The position numbers and the translations under genes were made by a program. A DNA stretch of 64,000 bases from Narcine bancroftii (lineage: Eukaryota): NCBI RefSeq assembly GCF_036971445.1, contig NC_091471.1, forward strand, positions 159,650,001 to 159,714,000, in the 5' to 3' direction. How positions within the stretch are numbered: the stretch's first letter is position 1; each line of letters starts with the position of its first letter. Under the pieces are notes generated by a model. The model did not search any database and was not told the DNA's origin. It was given only the letters and a program-made list of their open reading frames with translations. Below are positions 1-13,331 of the stretch, piece by piece.

Positions 1-329
1 GACAGTTAATGGATGCCAGATTGACTGGATGATGCCCAAGATATTTTATTATTTAACACTTTGAAAATACTTATTTATGGATGAGTAATTTAAGTTACTC
101 CTAGAATCACATTATTCTCCACATTGGGGAGGGTTTTGTTTGGCAGGGGGGATGGGAATCAGAATGAGAAGGCAGTGAAAAGGGCAGAAGATACACAAGT
201 AGATACACTGTGTAGCAAGATTGCGAGGAATGATAGATAGGCAGTCAAAAGGACAAAATTGCATGTGTAAGATTAAGGATTTAACTTGGGGTGCTTTGGA
301 AACAAAATTGAAGAATGATGAATACAGCA

Positions 330-3300
330 CTGAAAGTTTTGTATTTAAATGCCACAGTATAAAAAACAGTTGATGATTCCTTTGTGCAGTTGGAAGTTGG
401 CCGTCACGAAGTCATGCTGAAAGAAGAATACAGTTGGGAACTAAACATCCATGGACACAGTGTTAGAAGGACAGGAAGATGGGCAGAGTTGGGTGGGGTG
501 GAATTGCAGGTTAAAAATGAAATTAAATCTTTGGAGAGAAGAGACATTGAATTTATAAGATATATAATCTCTGTGGGTAGAATTTTTAAAAAAAGCCCCT
601 AAAAGGAGTTGTATATAGGCCTCCAAACCATATCCAGGATGTTGCAAAATACAGAGGGAGATAGAGAAGACATGAAAAAAGGGCAATGTTACAATAGTCA
701 TGGTAAATTTCAATCTGAAGGTTGATACTGGATCCCAAGAGAAGGAATTTATTGAATGTTTTCAGGTTAGCTTCTAGGGAAATGGCATTTCTGGATTGGG
801 TATTGTGTAATAAACCAGTTGATAAGGGAGCTGAAGGTAAAGTAATTCAGCCTGCAGTCCAAGAGCAAGAAAATAACATCAGATATGTCAGTATGCCAAT
901 GGATTAAAGGGGACTATAGAGGTTGCAAGAGATCTGGCAAAAGTTGATTGGAAAGTCCAGTAATTGTTGGTGTTTCTGTGAGAAATAAGGAAAGTGCAGG
1001 TCACGTATATTCATAAGAAATATTTGAATGGAAAAGTGACAGACAAAATAAATAAAGTAAAAGGCACAAAAAAAGTACAAGGCAAAAAAAATTAGTGGGA
1101 AGATGGATTCGAAAGCTCTTAAAAGCATACAGAATGCAACTAAGGGAGGTAATTAGGAAAGAAAATAAGAACTTTGAAAGTAAGCTAACAAACAATATCA
1201 AAAAGGAGACTAAAACCTTTTTAAAGTATATTAAAAGTTTTTAAAAAAGTGGCGAGAATAGATACAAGACCAATAGAAAATAACGCCCAATAGAAAATAA
1301 CGCTGAAGACATTGTAATGGGAGACAAATAGATGGCAGAGGAACTGAATTCATCAGTCCTCACTGTGAAGACAGCAGTAGAGCTGACTTTCAAGGGCATC
1401 ACATAAGAGAGTCACAATCACCAGAGAGAAGCTGAATGGTCTAAGGTAGCTAAGCCTCCCAGCCCAGATGGAAAGAAGTAGCTATAGATTGTGGAGGCAC
1501 TAGTAATGATCTTACAAGAATCAATAGATTCTGGCATGGTTCCAGAGGACTGGAGAATTGCCAACGTCACTCTGCTATTTAAAAAGGGAGAAAGGCAACA
1601 GAAAGGTAATTATAGAGCTGTTAGCTAAACATTGGTGGCTGAGAAGTTGTAGGAGTAGATTGTCAAGAATGAGGTTATGGAATACCTGGAGGTGCAGGAC
1701 AAGATAGGCCAAAGTCACTATGGTTTCCTTCAGGGAAAATCTTGCCTGACAATCTAGTGTAATTTTTTGAGGAAATTACAAGCAGACTAAACAAAGGAGA
1801 TGCAGTGGGTGTTGTTTATTTGGATTTTCAAAAGGCCTTTGACAAGGTGCTGCACATGAGGTTGCTCAACAAGATGAGAGTCCATGGTATTACAGGAAAA
1901 AATACTAGCATGGGTGGAACATTGGATAATTAGCAGGAAACGGAGAGTGGGAGTAAGGGAATCCTATTAGGGTTGGCTACTGTTTACCAGTCGTGTTGTG
2001 CACAAGTCGAGGTTGGGGGCAAATCTTCAAACGTTGTAAGTTAATGATTTGGATTGTGGAATAAATGGTTTTGTGGCCAAATTTGCAGAGGATACCAATG
2101 TGAGAGATAATAGAATATAGGAAGTAAAGCTAGTATGAATGAAATAAGGAATACTGGACTGGACTAGAGGAAGTTAAGTAAGTGCTGAGTAGGGATGAAT
2201 TCTGATAAGAGTGTGAGGAAGGGTTACGCAAGTATAATAGAGTAAGGGTCTTATAGTGATAGAAAGAATTAGCAAGTTCTGCATATAGAATTAGTAAGTC
2301 CTGGAGGTTGAGATGTGTGAATAAGGACAAAGGCTTGACATGATGGGACTCAGGATACCCCATGGTCTTTCAAGTTTACAGAAACTGGACTTAGACAGAA
2401 TTACCAAATGCCAAACCAATCCAGGAGGCAGAAGAATGTTAGGGGGGGGGGGAGGGTACCTCTACACTGAAATGAACTGTATAAAAGTTGGGTGAGCCCC
2501 AGTATGTGTGCCTATTCCCAGGGTAAGGGGAAGCACCCAACTTTGCACTGTTGTACAATAAATGTTCTTTGTTCTCAATTTTTGGCTCGAGCGAAATCTG
2601 TGAAGGTACTTCTGTTTCTCACACTAAGATAGGTGGAAGGGCAGGTAGTGATGAGGAAATGGAAAGGATACAGAGAGAAGAGAGAGATTAGGAGAATGGA
2701 CAAAGAAGTAGGAAAGGAAAGGAAATAAAAAGTATGATCATGCACTTTTGTAGAAGGAATAAAAGGGAAGACTATTATTTGGATGGGAAGAAAATTAAAA
2801 ATATGGAGGTGCAAAGGGACTTCAGAGTCATCGTGCAGGATACCTTGAAAGTTAACCTCCAGGTTGAGTTGGTGGTGAAGAGGCAAATGTAATGTTGCCA
2901 TTCATATCTAGAGGAATAGGATACAAGAGCAGTGATATGATCTTGAGGTCTTACAAGGCACTAGAGAGACCTCACTTGGAGTAGGGGCGAAAGTTTTGGG
3001 GTCTCTAAGGAAAGATGTGCTGGCATTGGAGAGGGATTAGAGAACATATACAAGAATGATTCTTAAATGAAGGGATAAGCATACGAGGAACATTTGACGG
3101 CTCTTGGAATCTACTCCTTGGAATTCAGAAGGATGGTGGGGGGGGGGGCGTGAAAGCTCAAAGAAGCATTTTGAATATTGAAAGGCCTGGACAAAGATGT
3201 GGAGAAGTTGTTTTCCATGGTAGGGAAGTCTAGGACAAGAGGGCAAAACTTCAGGATTGAAGGGTACCCATTTAAAACAGAGATGTGAAGGAATTTCTTT

Positions 3301-3331
3301 AGCTAGAGTAGTGAACCTCGAATTTGCTACC
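330..3331 (+). mobile_element. Degraded CR1-type LINE ORF2 (endonuclease + RT), interrupted by a solo LTR and by the provirus
   Basis: Decayed CR1 motifs (GKSCLT, YLDFQKAFDKV, KFAEDT). The tail resumes at 16417. Start boundary approximate. Confidence 0.8.
2099..2623 (+). mobile_element. Solo LTR (525 bp)
   Basis: TGTGAGA...TCTCACA inverted ends; 4-bp TSD ccaa/ctaa (1 mismatch) splitting the CR1 DTK-IGG codons; TATAAAA at 2480 and AATAAA at 2557. Confidence 0.8.
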
Positions 3332-3916
3332 TGTAATGGAAGATTTAAACCGTGTTTCTTACTTTTGCAGCCTTTGCTTCTGCAAGGCTGAGAACCTGCT
3401 TGTTGCATATGAATTAGTAGACATTATCTAAATTTACACCATGAGGCCCAGAGATGCAGTTGTCTTTTGTTGGTCGCAGGCTGTCAGGAGACCTTGAAGA
3501 TAATTAAATCATTTGTTCAAAGAGATAAGATCTGAAGTAAACAACTTTTGGGTAATATAAGCCATGGTCCCACTGCTGAAGTTTGAGACTCTCCAAGAGG
3601 TGGCAACATCTCTCAGCAAGAAGAACTTCAAGAGTCCAGCTAACGTCCTGGTCGAGGGAGGTGGAGAAGCTGCTACCGGCGCCCCGACAACCTACTACAA
3701 GTGCGCAGTTCAGCAGTTGGGACCAGTCCAGGCGTTGATAAGTATAATTGGGAAGGGCTTGCATATTGTAGTGTGAATTCAGCTTTTGATTTTGTAATAA
3801 AGACTTGTATAAACTGAACTGTTCTCGGTGTGTGTATGTCTATTTTCTTTTGGTAGGTCAAACACTGTGACCAATCTAAAACGAACAAAGTGAGAGGTAC
3901 AAGTTTACCCAAGACA
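3332..3916 (+). repeat. ERV 5' LTR
   Basis: TGT...ACA ends, TATAA near 3556, AATAAA at 3796; direct repeat of 15823-16411. Confidence 0.95.
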
Positions 3917-3918
3917 AT

Positions 3919-3936
3919 TGGCGCTGCGAGCAGGAT
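3919..3936 (+). promoter_or_regulatory. Primer binding site, tRNA-Ser type
   Basis: TGGCGCTGCGAGCAGGAT starts 2 nt after the LTR. It is complementary to the vertebrate tRNA-Ser(CGA) 3' end as I recall it (..ATCCTGCTCACAGCGCCA), with 1 mismatch. Confidence 0.8.
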
Positions 3937-3946
3937 TCGTCTCAAG

Positions 3947-5723
3947 ATGTTTTGCCAAAAGAAAGAGGTGAGCCCTAATTAGTTCTTGATTCCGGGATGG
4001 ACTTCCAAAGACGATGGGTTTGGCATGTTGGCCAATACCCTGTCTTTGTTGGGACCACCCATTAGTTGGGATGAAAAGTTAGACCCATCAAGTGCACCTC
4101 TGGGAGAGCAAGTTGCCACTCTCCTTCAAGAAAGTAAATTTCCTGGTAAAAAGGAGACACTGAGGGACGGTTTTTGGCTGCTGGCCACAGCCTTACGCCA
4201 CTCCGTTCAGCGTGAAGCTGAATTAGTTCAAAGAGAAGTAGAATCTCAGCACAAGAGAGAGCAATTAGAGGAGGTGCTAGAAGACATGAGACAACGCTGT
4301 TCCATGATGAGTGCGATTGTTTGCACCAGTCAGGACCGAGCCAAAGAATGTCCAAACGATCTGACGTAATATTAAACTCCGGCAGCAGCTCTGTGCAGAT
4401 AAAGAAAGGCATGGAGCAGAACCCGATCTACATCATATTCGTGCCATAAGGAATGGCGACGATCCTGATGTAATTGATGAATGGGACGGGAATATCTGGA
4501 ATGATGACCATGGTAATAATGCAGATACTCCTCAGCATGTGCCCAACATAATGCCCTCTCCACCTGCTGTTCACGCCCACCCTGTAAGGCAGCAGACTTC
4601 CCAAACAGACGGAAGGGGTGTTGATGTAAGGGTAGAGATTGAAGGGATAGATACCCCGATCTCCCAAGCGGACCCAGGGGAAGATACCCAAACCCTTGCT
4701 TATGCTCTATGGCCTACCCCCTCTACGGGATGGCCTAGGCCTCGTCCCGTCCACTGGACAAAGGTCCCTGCGGGCCAAAGTGGGAGCAGAGGTCAAGAGC
4801 AGTCAATGATCCGTGACTTCTCTATAAAAGAGCTGGCTGCCATTGGAGATCGATTTAGGCAAAAGGCGGGAGAAACTCTGGCGGCCTGGCTCCTGCGTGT
4901 TTGGGAGCAAGGAGGGGGTAATGTATATTTAACCCCTGAGGAATTTTTGGGATTAGGAACATTGACTACTGATATCCGGGTCACTGCTGAGCTGCGGGGT
5001 AGAAGAAGAAAGATGGATTACTTACTTGCCACTCTAGGGGATGCCCTGCTATGAGTATACCCATCACCAGTAGATTGGGATTTACATTTGCAGAACAATT
5101 GGGGCACCCCAGAGGAGGGCATAGCAGTAATTTGTCAATGGGCCCTGGCCTCTGCCTTGTATGCACGGTGTTTGAGGCTGTGGGTACATGGGGGGAGCCC
5201 TGATGAAGAGATAGTCACGGCCAGAATACATACCAGATTGGTTCGTTCCGCCCAACCCACTGTACAGGGACTGGTTCTGTCTGTAACTAGTCCGCTAATT
5301 GGGCACCCTATGTCTGAGGCAGTGCACGCCTTATCTGGGCTTAGAGAATTAGAGTTGGGAGGTAAAATCCACTCATGTACAACCCAGGTTAAATCAGACA
5401 AGCAGGATGAAAAGAAAGGGGCTGCTGCTAGTAACGGACCGACAAGAAAGGACCTTTTTCTAACCTTGTTAAAGTTAGGCGTACCTAAAAGTAATATTGA
5501 TGGGAAACCTACTGCAGTCCTTTATGCCCTTTATAAGAGGAAGGCAGGGGAACATCTTCCCCAGCTGTTGAGTCCTCCTGGCTCAGCTGTGCCATCTGCT
5601 CCCACCGAGCCAGTATCTCTTGCTCCAGTTATCCGTGATGAGATACAACAAATGGTTAAAAATGCTTTTACGGATAATAGCGGCATGTGGGCCAGGAAGC
5701 CCCCGAACCCTACTAAAGCATGA
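3947..5723 (+). pseudogene. gag: ERV gag (stops and frameshifts)
   Basis: ATG 3947 is in frame with ORF 3986. ERV-L/S-type motifs FRQKAGETLAAWLLRVWEQGG and LGVPKSNIDGKPT; PSAP late motif 5592-5603; no CCHC knuckle seen. Confidence 0.85.
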
Positions 5724-5921
5724 GGGTATGGGCAGGGCCCCCGTGTCTACTCAATTGAGATACGGCGGATACACGGGGATCCATGGCCCTACATACCGTT
5801 AACAGTCCATTGGGGTGGGGGTAATGACCGCCAATATTTGGCCTTGGTCGATACCGGTGCGGAGCACTTGGTGATTCCGGGTAACCCTGACCTCTGGACT
5901 GGATCAACATTTCGAATAGAG
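5724..5921 (+). pseudogene. pro: ERV protease N-terminal half (continues at 13332)
   Basis: In frame after the gag TGA: ..YLALVDTGAEHLVIPG..TFRIE, continuing GMGG..CILGINML after the L1. Confidence 0.88.
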
Positions 5922-6055
5922 AGAGGAGTCACGTGATGGAGTAGTGGCCGGTAGGGGAACTCCAGCCCTCTCCAGAAAAGTTAAAAAAAGATAGAGAAAA
6001 AGCAAAGGCACAAACTTAAAAACCAAAACAAAGTGAAAGTAAAAGTGTGGAGAAA

Positions 6056-7262
6056 ATGGCAGCGAAGAAAGAAAAACCAAAAACGGGAAGAAAAGAAGAA
6101 GGAAAGACGTCGGAAGAAGAAGGTGAAGGCCTTACCTGTCCTAAGAGGCCCGCCGCGGAGAGAGAAGCCCGCTCCCGCAGGTCAGTGGAAGTCCCGGGCT
6201 CGGGACTACAAAAATGGCTCGCAGAGCCGAGTAAAAGTGCGCAATGCGCATGAAAAAAAACCACACTGACGGGAGGGGGGGAACAGCTGCGGAGTCGATC
6301 TCCACAGCTGAGAGAGACACCTGCAGCACAGCAGCAGGTGCAGAACACAGACAACAACGACAACAAGAAAGAAGAGGGTAAAAAGAAAACAAGGAAACAA
6401 CAGATGGTCAATCCAGAGGAAGAAGAAGAACAGAAAGAAGTGGAAGAAGAGAAAAGCAAGACAATGGATGTATCTTTTTTTTAAAGAATATATGGAATCA
6501 GTGAAAGAATGGCAATTACAAGAATTTGATGAGATAAAAAGAAGAATTAAGAATGCAGAAGAAAAAATGAATAAAATGGAAGTGGCCAAATCAGAATTGG
6601 CAAAAAGAGTGGAAAATATGGAAAAACGAGAAACATTTCTAGATATGGAGGTAGAAGACTTAAAAGAGAAATTAGAAGAATCTAATAAAAAAGCTAAAGA
6701 GGCACAGGAGCTGTTAGCTCAGAAGATGGATATAATAGAAAACTATAATAGAAGAAATAATATAAAGATAGTGGGCCTTAAGGAAGATGAAGAAGGCAAG
6801 AATATGAGAGAATTTATAAAAGATTGGATCCCCAGGGTCCTGGGAAGATCAGAATTACAGGAAGAAATGGAAATAGAGAGGGCACATAGAACTTTAGCCC
6901 CGAAACCACAACCGCAGCAAAAACCAAGATCCATTTTAGTAAAATTCTTAAGATATACAACAAGAGAAAATATATTGGAGAAAGCAATGAAGAAAGTAAC
7001 AAAGGACAAAAAGCCACTGGAATATAAAGGTCAAAAAATTTTTTTCTATCCAGACATAAGTTTTGAACTCCTGAAGAAGAAGAAGGAGTTCAATACAGCG
7101 AAAACGATCTTATGGAAAAAAGGATATAAGTTTATGTTAAGGTACCCAGCGGCACTTAAAATAATTATTCTAGGGCAACAAAACAGACTATTCTCGGATC
7201 CAGAGGAAGCAAGAAAATTTGCAGAACAACTACAAAACAAGCAGAGAGAAGAAGACATGTAA
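6056..7262 (+). pseudogene. L1 ORF1 (coiled coil, RRM, CTD; frameshifted near 6255)
   Basis: RRNNIKIVGL, IERAHR, FYPDIS and YPAAL motifs of L1 ORF1p. Confidence 0.88.
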
Positions 7263-7324
7263 TAAGAGTAAAAATGACCACGATCTATATGTATGTGTGT
7301 AAAGGAGTATATGTGTGCGTATAT

Positions 7325-8838
7325 CTACTAAATAGAATAATACCTAGTGTCGCCGAGAATATTCTCCCAGAATCACAGTGCGGCTTTCGCGCAAACAGAG
7401 GAACTACTGACATGGTCTTTGCCCTCAGACAGCTCCAAGAAAAGTGCAGAGAACAAAACAAAGGACTCTACATCACCTTTGTTGACCTCACCAAAGCCTT
7501 CGACACCGTGAGCAGGAAAGGGCTTTGGCAAATACTAGAGCGCATCGGATGTCCCCCAAAGTTCCTCAACATGATTATCCAACTGCACGAAAACCAACAA
7601 GGTCGGGTCAGATACAGCAATGAGCTCTCTGAACCCTTCTCCATTAACAATGGCGTGAAGCAAGGCTGTGTTCTCGCACCAACCCTCTTTTCAATCTTCT
7701 TCAGCATGATGCTGAACCAAGCCATGAAAGACCCCAACAATGAAGACGCTGTTTACATCCGGTACCGCACGGATGGCAGTCTCTTCAATCTGAGGCGCCT
7801 GCAAGCTCACACCAAGACACAAGAGAAAGTTGTCCGTGAACTACTCTTTGCAGACGACGCCGCTTTAGTTGCCCATTCAGAGCCAGCTCTTCAGCGCTTG
7901 ACGTCCTGCTTTGCGGAAACTGCCAAGATGTTTGGCCTGGAAGTCAGCCTGAAGAAAACTGAGGTCCTCCATCAGCCAGCTCCCCACCATGACTACCAGC
8001 CCCCCCACATCACCATCGGGCACACAAAACTCAAAACGGTCAACCAGTTTACCTATCTCGGCTGCACCATTTCATCAGATGCAAGGATCGACAATGAGAT
8101 AGACAACAGACTCGCCAAGGCAAATAGCGCCTTTGGAAGACTACACAAGAGTCTGGAAAAACAACCAACTGAAAAACCTCACAAAGATAAGCGTATACAG
8201 AGCCGTTGTCATACCCACACTCCTGTTCGGCTCCGAATCATGGGTCATCTACCGGCACCACCTACGGCTCCTAGAACGCTTCCACCAGCGTTGTCTCCGC
8301 TCCATCCTCAACATCCATTGGAGCGCTTACACCCCTAACGTTGAAGTACTCGAGATGGCAGAGGTCGACAGCATCGAGTCCACGCTGTTGAAGATCCAGC
8401 TGCGCTGGATGGGTCACGTCTCCAGAATGGAGGACCATCGCCTTCCCAAGATCCTGTTATATGGCGAGCTCTCCACTGGCCACCGTGACAGAGGTGCACC
8501 AAAGAAAAGGTACAAGGACTGCCTAAAGAAATCTCTTGGTGCCTGCCACATTGACCACCGCCAGTGGGCTGATAACGCCTCAAACCGTGCATCTTGGCGC
8601 CTCACAGTTTGGCGGGCAGCAACCTCCTTTGAAGAAGACCGCAGAGCCCACCTCACTGACAAAAGGCAAAGGAGGAAAAACCCAACACCCAACCCCAACC
8701 AACCAATTTTCCCTTGCAACCGCTGCAATCGTGTCTGCCTGTCCCGCATCGGACTTGTCAGCCACAAACGAGCCTGCAGCTGACGTGGACTTTTTACCCC
8801 CTCCATAAATCTTCGTCCGCGAAGCCAAGCCAAAGAAG
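7325..8838 (+). mobile_element. 5'-truncated RTE-clade LINE inside the L1 inter-ORF spacer
   Basis: FVDLTKAFD, GVKQGCVLAP, LFADD and C-terminal CNRC..SHKRAC; GAAGA-like tail running into (TA)n; one frameshift. Confidence 0.9.
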
Positions 8839-9292
8839 ATATATATATATATAGTGTGCATACATGAATGTATCCGCATTTAGAGGAAAATATATAGAGT
8901 ATAGACAAGAATTAATAAGGGAGGGAAATGGAATAGAGGGAATAAGGAGGGAATTAAAAGAGTGACCTCTGTTACATATGAAAATTGAAATCTTTTCTGG
9001 GGGGGGGCTGGATGGGGAGGAGTTACGGTCACTGCAAAATCAGCTGACGTTTGCGAGTGAATTCGCAAATCCAAATGGAGAGGGGAGATGTGGTTGTCCA
9101 ACAAGGGATAAAGGACAACTCAGGAGGGGGAGGGGAGAATGGGGTTAAATAAGTTTTAAATAGGAGAATAAGGAAAATGTTTGATGTTTTAGAAATGTTG
9201 TCTTATAAAGTGTTCAAAACAAGAAAGCAGAAATGGATAAGAAGGAAAGGTGATGATGGAGAAACGGAAAGGGAAGATAAACAAAGTACAAA

Positions 9293-12200
9293 ATGGCTAC
9301 GCTGAACTATATGACTTTAAATATTAACGGAATACATAACCAAATTAAAAGGAAGAAACTGCTAAATTTACTGAAAAAAGAAAAAAATTGATGTAGCATT
9401 TGTGCAAGAAACACATTTAACTGAATTGGAGCACAAGAAATTAAAGAGAGATTGGGTAGGACACGTAACAGCAGCGTCGTATAATTCAAAACCAAGAGGA
9501 GTAGCTAGTAAAAATTAATTTAACATTTAGTAAAAATGTGCCAATTAAAATAGAAGAGGAAATAGTAGATCCAGCAGGGAGATATGTAATGATAAAATGT
9601 CAGATATATTCGGAGTTTTGGAATCTACTCAATGTATATTCACTTAACGAAGAAGATCAAAAGTTTATGCAAGATATTTTTTTGAAGATAGCAGATACGC
9701 AAGGGAACATATTAATAGGAGGGGATTTCAACCTGAATTTGGATTCAAATATGGACAAAACTGGGAAAAAAACTAACAGAAAGAACAAAGTAACCAAATT
9801 TATAATTAAATCGATGGAAGAAATGCAACTTTTGGATATATGGAGGAAACAACACCCAAATGAAAAGGAATATTCATATTACTTGGCTAGACATAAAACA
9901 TACTCAAGGATAGACCTATTTTTGTTATCAGCTCGTATGCAAGATAGAGTAAGAAAAACAGAATATAAAGCTAGAATATTATCGGACCATTCACCCTTAA
10001 TATTGACAATAAAGTTAGAGGACATCCCTCCAAGAATGTATAGATGGAGATTAAACTCCATGTTACTCAAAAGGCAGGATTTTAGAGAATTCATTGAAAG
10101 ACAAATTAAAATGTATTTTGAAATAAATATGGAATCAGTGAAAGATAAGTTTATACTATGGGATGCAATGAAAGCGTTCATTAGAGGGCAAATAATAAGT
10201 TATGTAACCAAGATGAAGAAGGATTATAATCAGGAAACAGAGCAGTTGGAAAGGGAAATAGTAAATATAGAAAAAGAATTAGCAATGAAGGAAGATACAA
10301 GTAAAAGAAGAGAATTGGCAGATAAAAAATAAAATATGAAACACTACAAACATACAAGGTGGAGAAGAATATAATGAAGACAAAACAGAAATATTATGAA
10401 CTAGGGGAAAAAACGCACAAAATTCTAGCATGGCAGCTTAAGACAGAACAAGCTAAGAAAATGGTATTGGCATCAAGGAAAAAAGACAAACAAATCACAT
10501 ATAATCCAAAGGAGATCAAGGAAAACTTTAGAGAATTCTATGAACAATTATACCAAACTGAAAACGAAGGGAAAGAAGGGAAAATAGATGAATTTCTAAC
10601 TAAAATTGAACTACCAAAACTACAAAGAGAGGAACAAAATAAATTAACAGAACCACTTGAAATAGTAGAAATACAAGAGATAATAAAAAAATTACCAGAT
10701 GGATTCCCAATAGAATTCTATAAAACATTTAAAGATTTATTAATTCCTCCCCTCCTGGAAGTAATCAACCAGACTGATAAAACACAAAGTTTACCAGATT
10801 CATGTAAAACAGCAATAATTACAGTAATACTAAAGCAAGGGAAAGATCCACTCGCACCAGTGTCATATAGACCAATATCATTACTTAACACAGATTATAA
10901 GATAATAGCTAAACTATTAGCAAACAGATTAACAGAGTATGTACCGAAAATGGTAAATCTAGACCAAACTGGATTTATTAAAAAAAGACGTACAACAGAC
11001 AATATTTGTAAATTTATTAACTTAATTCATGCAGTAGAAGGGAGTAAAGCGCCAACAGTAGCAGTTGCTTTAGACGCAGAGAAGGCCTTTGACAGAGTAG
11101 AATGGAATAATTTATTCAAAGTATTGCAAAAATTCAGTTTACCAGATAAGTATATTAAATGGATTAAAGCATTATATAAGGGGCCATTGGCGAAAGTGTC
11201 AGTATATGGATATATATGAAAGCAATTTAACTTAAGCAGGTCAACACGGCAGGGATGCCCACTATCACCCTTATTGTTCGCGTTAGCTAAAGAACCACTA
11301 GCAGAATTGATAAGAACAGAAAATAATATAAAAGGGATAAAAATAAAAGACAAGGAAAATAAAATCAGTTTATTTGCGGATGATGTTATAGTATACTTAA
11401 CAGAACCAGAACTATCAATAAAAGAATTATATAAGAAATTGAAGGAATATGGAGAAGTGTCGGGTTACAAGATTAACGGAAATAAAAGTGAAGGAATGCC
11501 TATGAATAATGCGGATTTCTCAAAATTTAAGAAGGAATCACCATTCAGATGGCAAATGCAAGCAATAAGATAGCTAGGTATACAAATAAATAAAAATCTC
11601 GGCCAACTATATAAACTCAATTATTATCCACTAATGAAAAAATTACAGGACGATTTAGAGCATTGGAAAGATTTACCACTAACACTAATAGGAAGGATAA
11701 ACTGTATTAAAATGAACATTTTCCCAAGGATATTATACCTATTTCAGGCATTGCCAATACACTTGACAGAGAAATTCTTCAAGGAGTTAAAGAAAATAAT
11801 AAGGAAATTTTTACGGAAAGGGGGGAAACCGAGGATAGCACTAGATAAATTAACAGAATGGTATAAACAAGGAGGCTTACAACTGCCAAACTTTAAAAAT
11901 TATTATAGAGCCGCACAATTAAGATACCTATCAGATTTTTATCAAACAAGGGAAAAGCCAGATTGGACTAGATTAGAATTAGATAAAATAGGGGAAAAGA
12001 TACCTGAACACATATTATATAAATGGGATGAAAAATTGGTACAGCATAGAAGTTCTCCAGTATTACATCATCTACTCAATATTTGGAAGAAGATTCATGT
12101 AGAAAGGAATAAAACAAATTATCAATTACCAAAACTAATATTGACGCAAAATAAGTTACTCCCTTTTACAATAGATAACCTTTCCTTTAGAGAATGGGAG

Positions 12201-13083
12201 AAAAAAGGGATCAAAAGAATAGAAAATTGTTTTTCAGGAAATAGATTATTATCCTTTGAACAAATGAAAGATAAATACAATATAACTCAAGATACAGTGC
12301 TGGCATATTACCAATTGAGATCCTACTTGAAGGACAAATTAGGAAGCAGTCTGAGTTTACCAGAGGGAACTAACTTTGAATATGTGAGTACAGATACAAT
12401 GACAATCAAAAGATTTATAACAAATATGTATATTAAACTGCAAGAAAAGGAGAATGAGGAAACAAATGGTAAAACTAAACAAAAATGGGAACAAGATTTA
12501 AATATAAAGATAAAAAAGAAAACATGGGAGAAGTTATGTTCTGGAACGATGAGAAATACAATAAATACGAGGTTACGTATGATACAATATAACTGGATAC
12601 ACAGGCTATACATTACACCTCAAAAGTTAAATAAATGGGACCCAACAGTATCTGATAGATGTTTTCGATGTAAAAAAAAATGGGAACAACAATTCATGCA
12701 ATCTGGACATGTGAGAAAGTAGAAAAATTTTGGGAAGATCTAAACCAAATATTAAATAAAATTACAGAAAACAATATACCAAAAAATCCAGAGATCTTCC
12801 TCCTAAGTAACATAAAAAACAAAGAATTTGGAATTGATTTGGATGGTGCACAAAAAAGATTTGTTAAGATAGCTCTAGCCGTAGCAAAAAAATGTATTAT
12901 GTCAACCTGGAAATTGGAAGATAATTTGAAAATACAACAATGGTATATAGAAATGAATAAATGTATTCCATTAGAAAAAAATAACATATAGTTTAAGAAA
13001 TAATATTGAAATATTTGAACAAATATGGGAGCCTTACATGAAACACAATAGAGAAAACCTACCGGGGACATTCACTACCTAAA
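9293..13083 (+). pseudogene. L1 ORF2 (APE endonuclease, RT, C-terminal cysteine-rich region), disrupted
   Basis: MATLNYMTLNING start, GGDFN, SDHSP, DAEKAFD, RQGCPLSP, LFADD, CFRC..HAIWTC; split over several frames. Confidence 0.92.
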
Positions 13084-13331
13084 TTAACGAAAGGAGAAGG
13101 AAATGAAAAAATTGACTCAGTGGAATTTCTTGTTTATTTTTATTGAATGACAACATTGTTTGACTGGTTTAATGTATCCTAGATTTTGTACTTTAAATGG
13201 ACGGGGGGGGGGGGGGGTGGGGGGGGAGAAAATGGCACTGTATATATTTGAAAAGGAAAAAGTATGTATCATGGTTAATGTGGTTTATGGTGTGAAAAAT
13301 AAAAAATTTAAAAAAAACATTTCGAATAGAG

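Larger units (their letters stand above)
5922..13315 (+). mobile_element. Full-length L1-clade LINE inserted in the ERV protease
   Basis: 16-bp TSD AACATTTCGAATAGAG (5906-5921, 13316-13331), AATAAA plus A-tail, ORF1 and ORF2. Confidence 0.95.

Noticed and set aside
3504-3945. Antisense ORFs in the LTR copies (also 15915-16366 and 26656-27108)
   Set aside because: They recur only because the LTR is repeated, their ends differ between copies, and no domain is recognisable.
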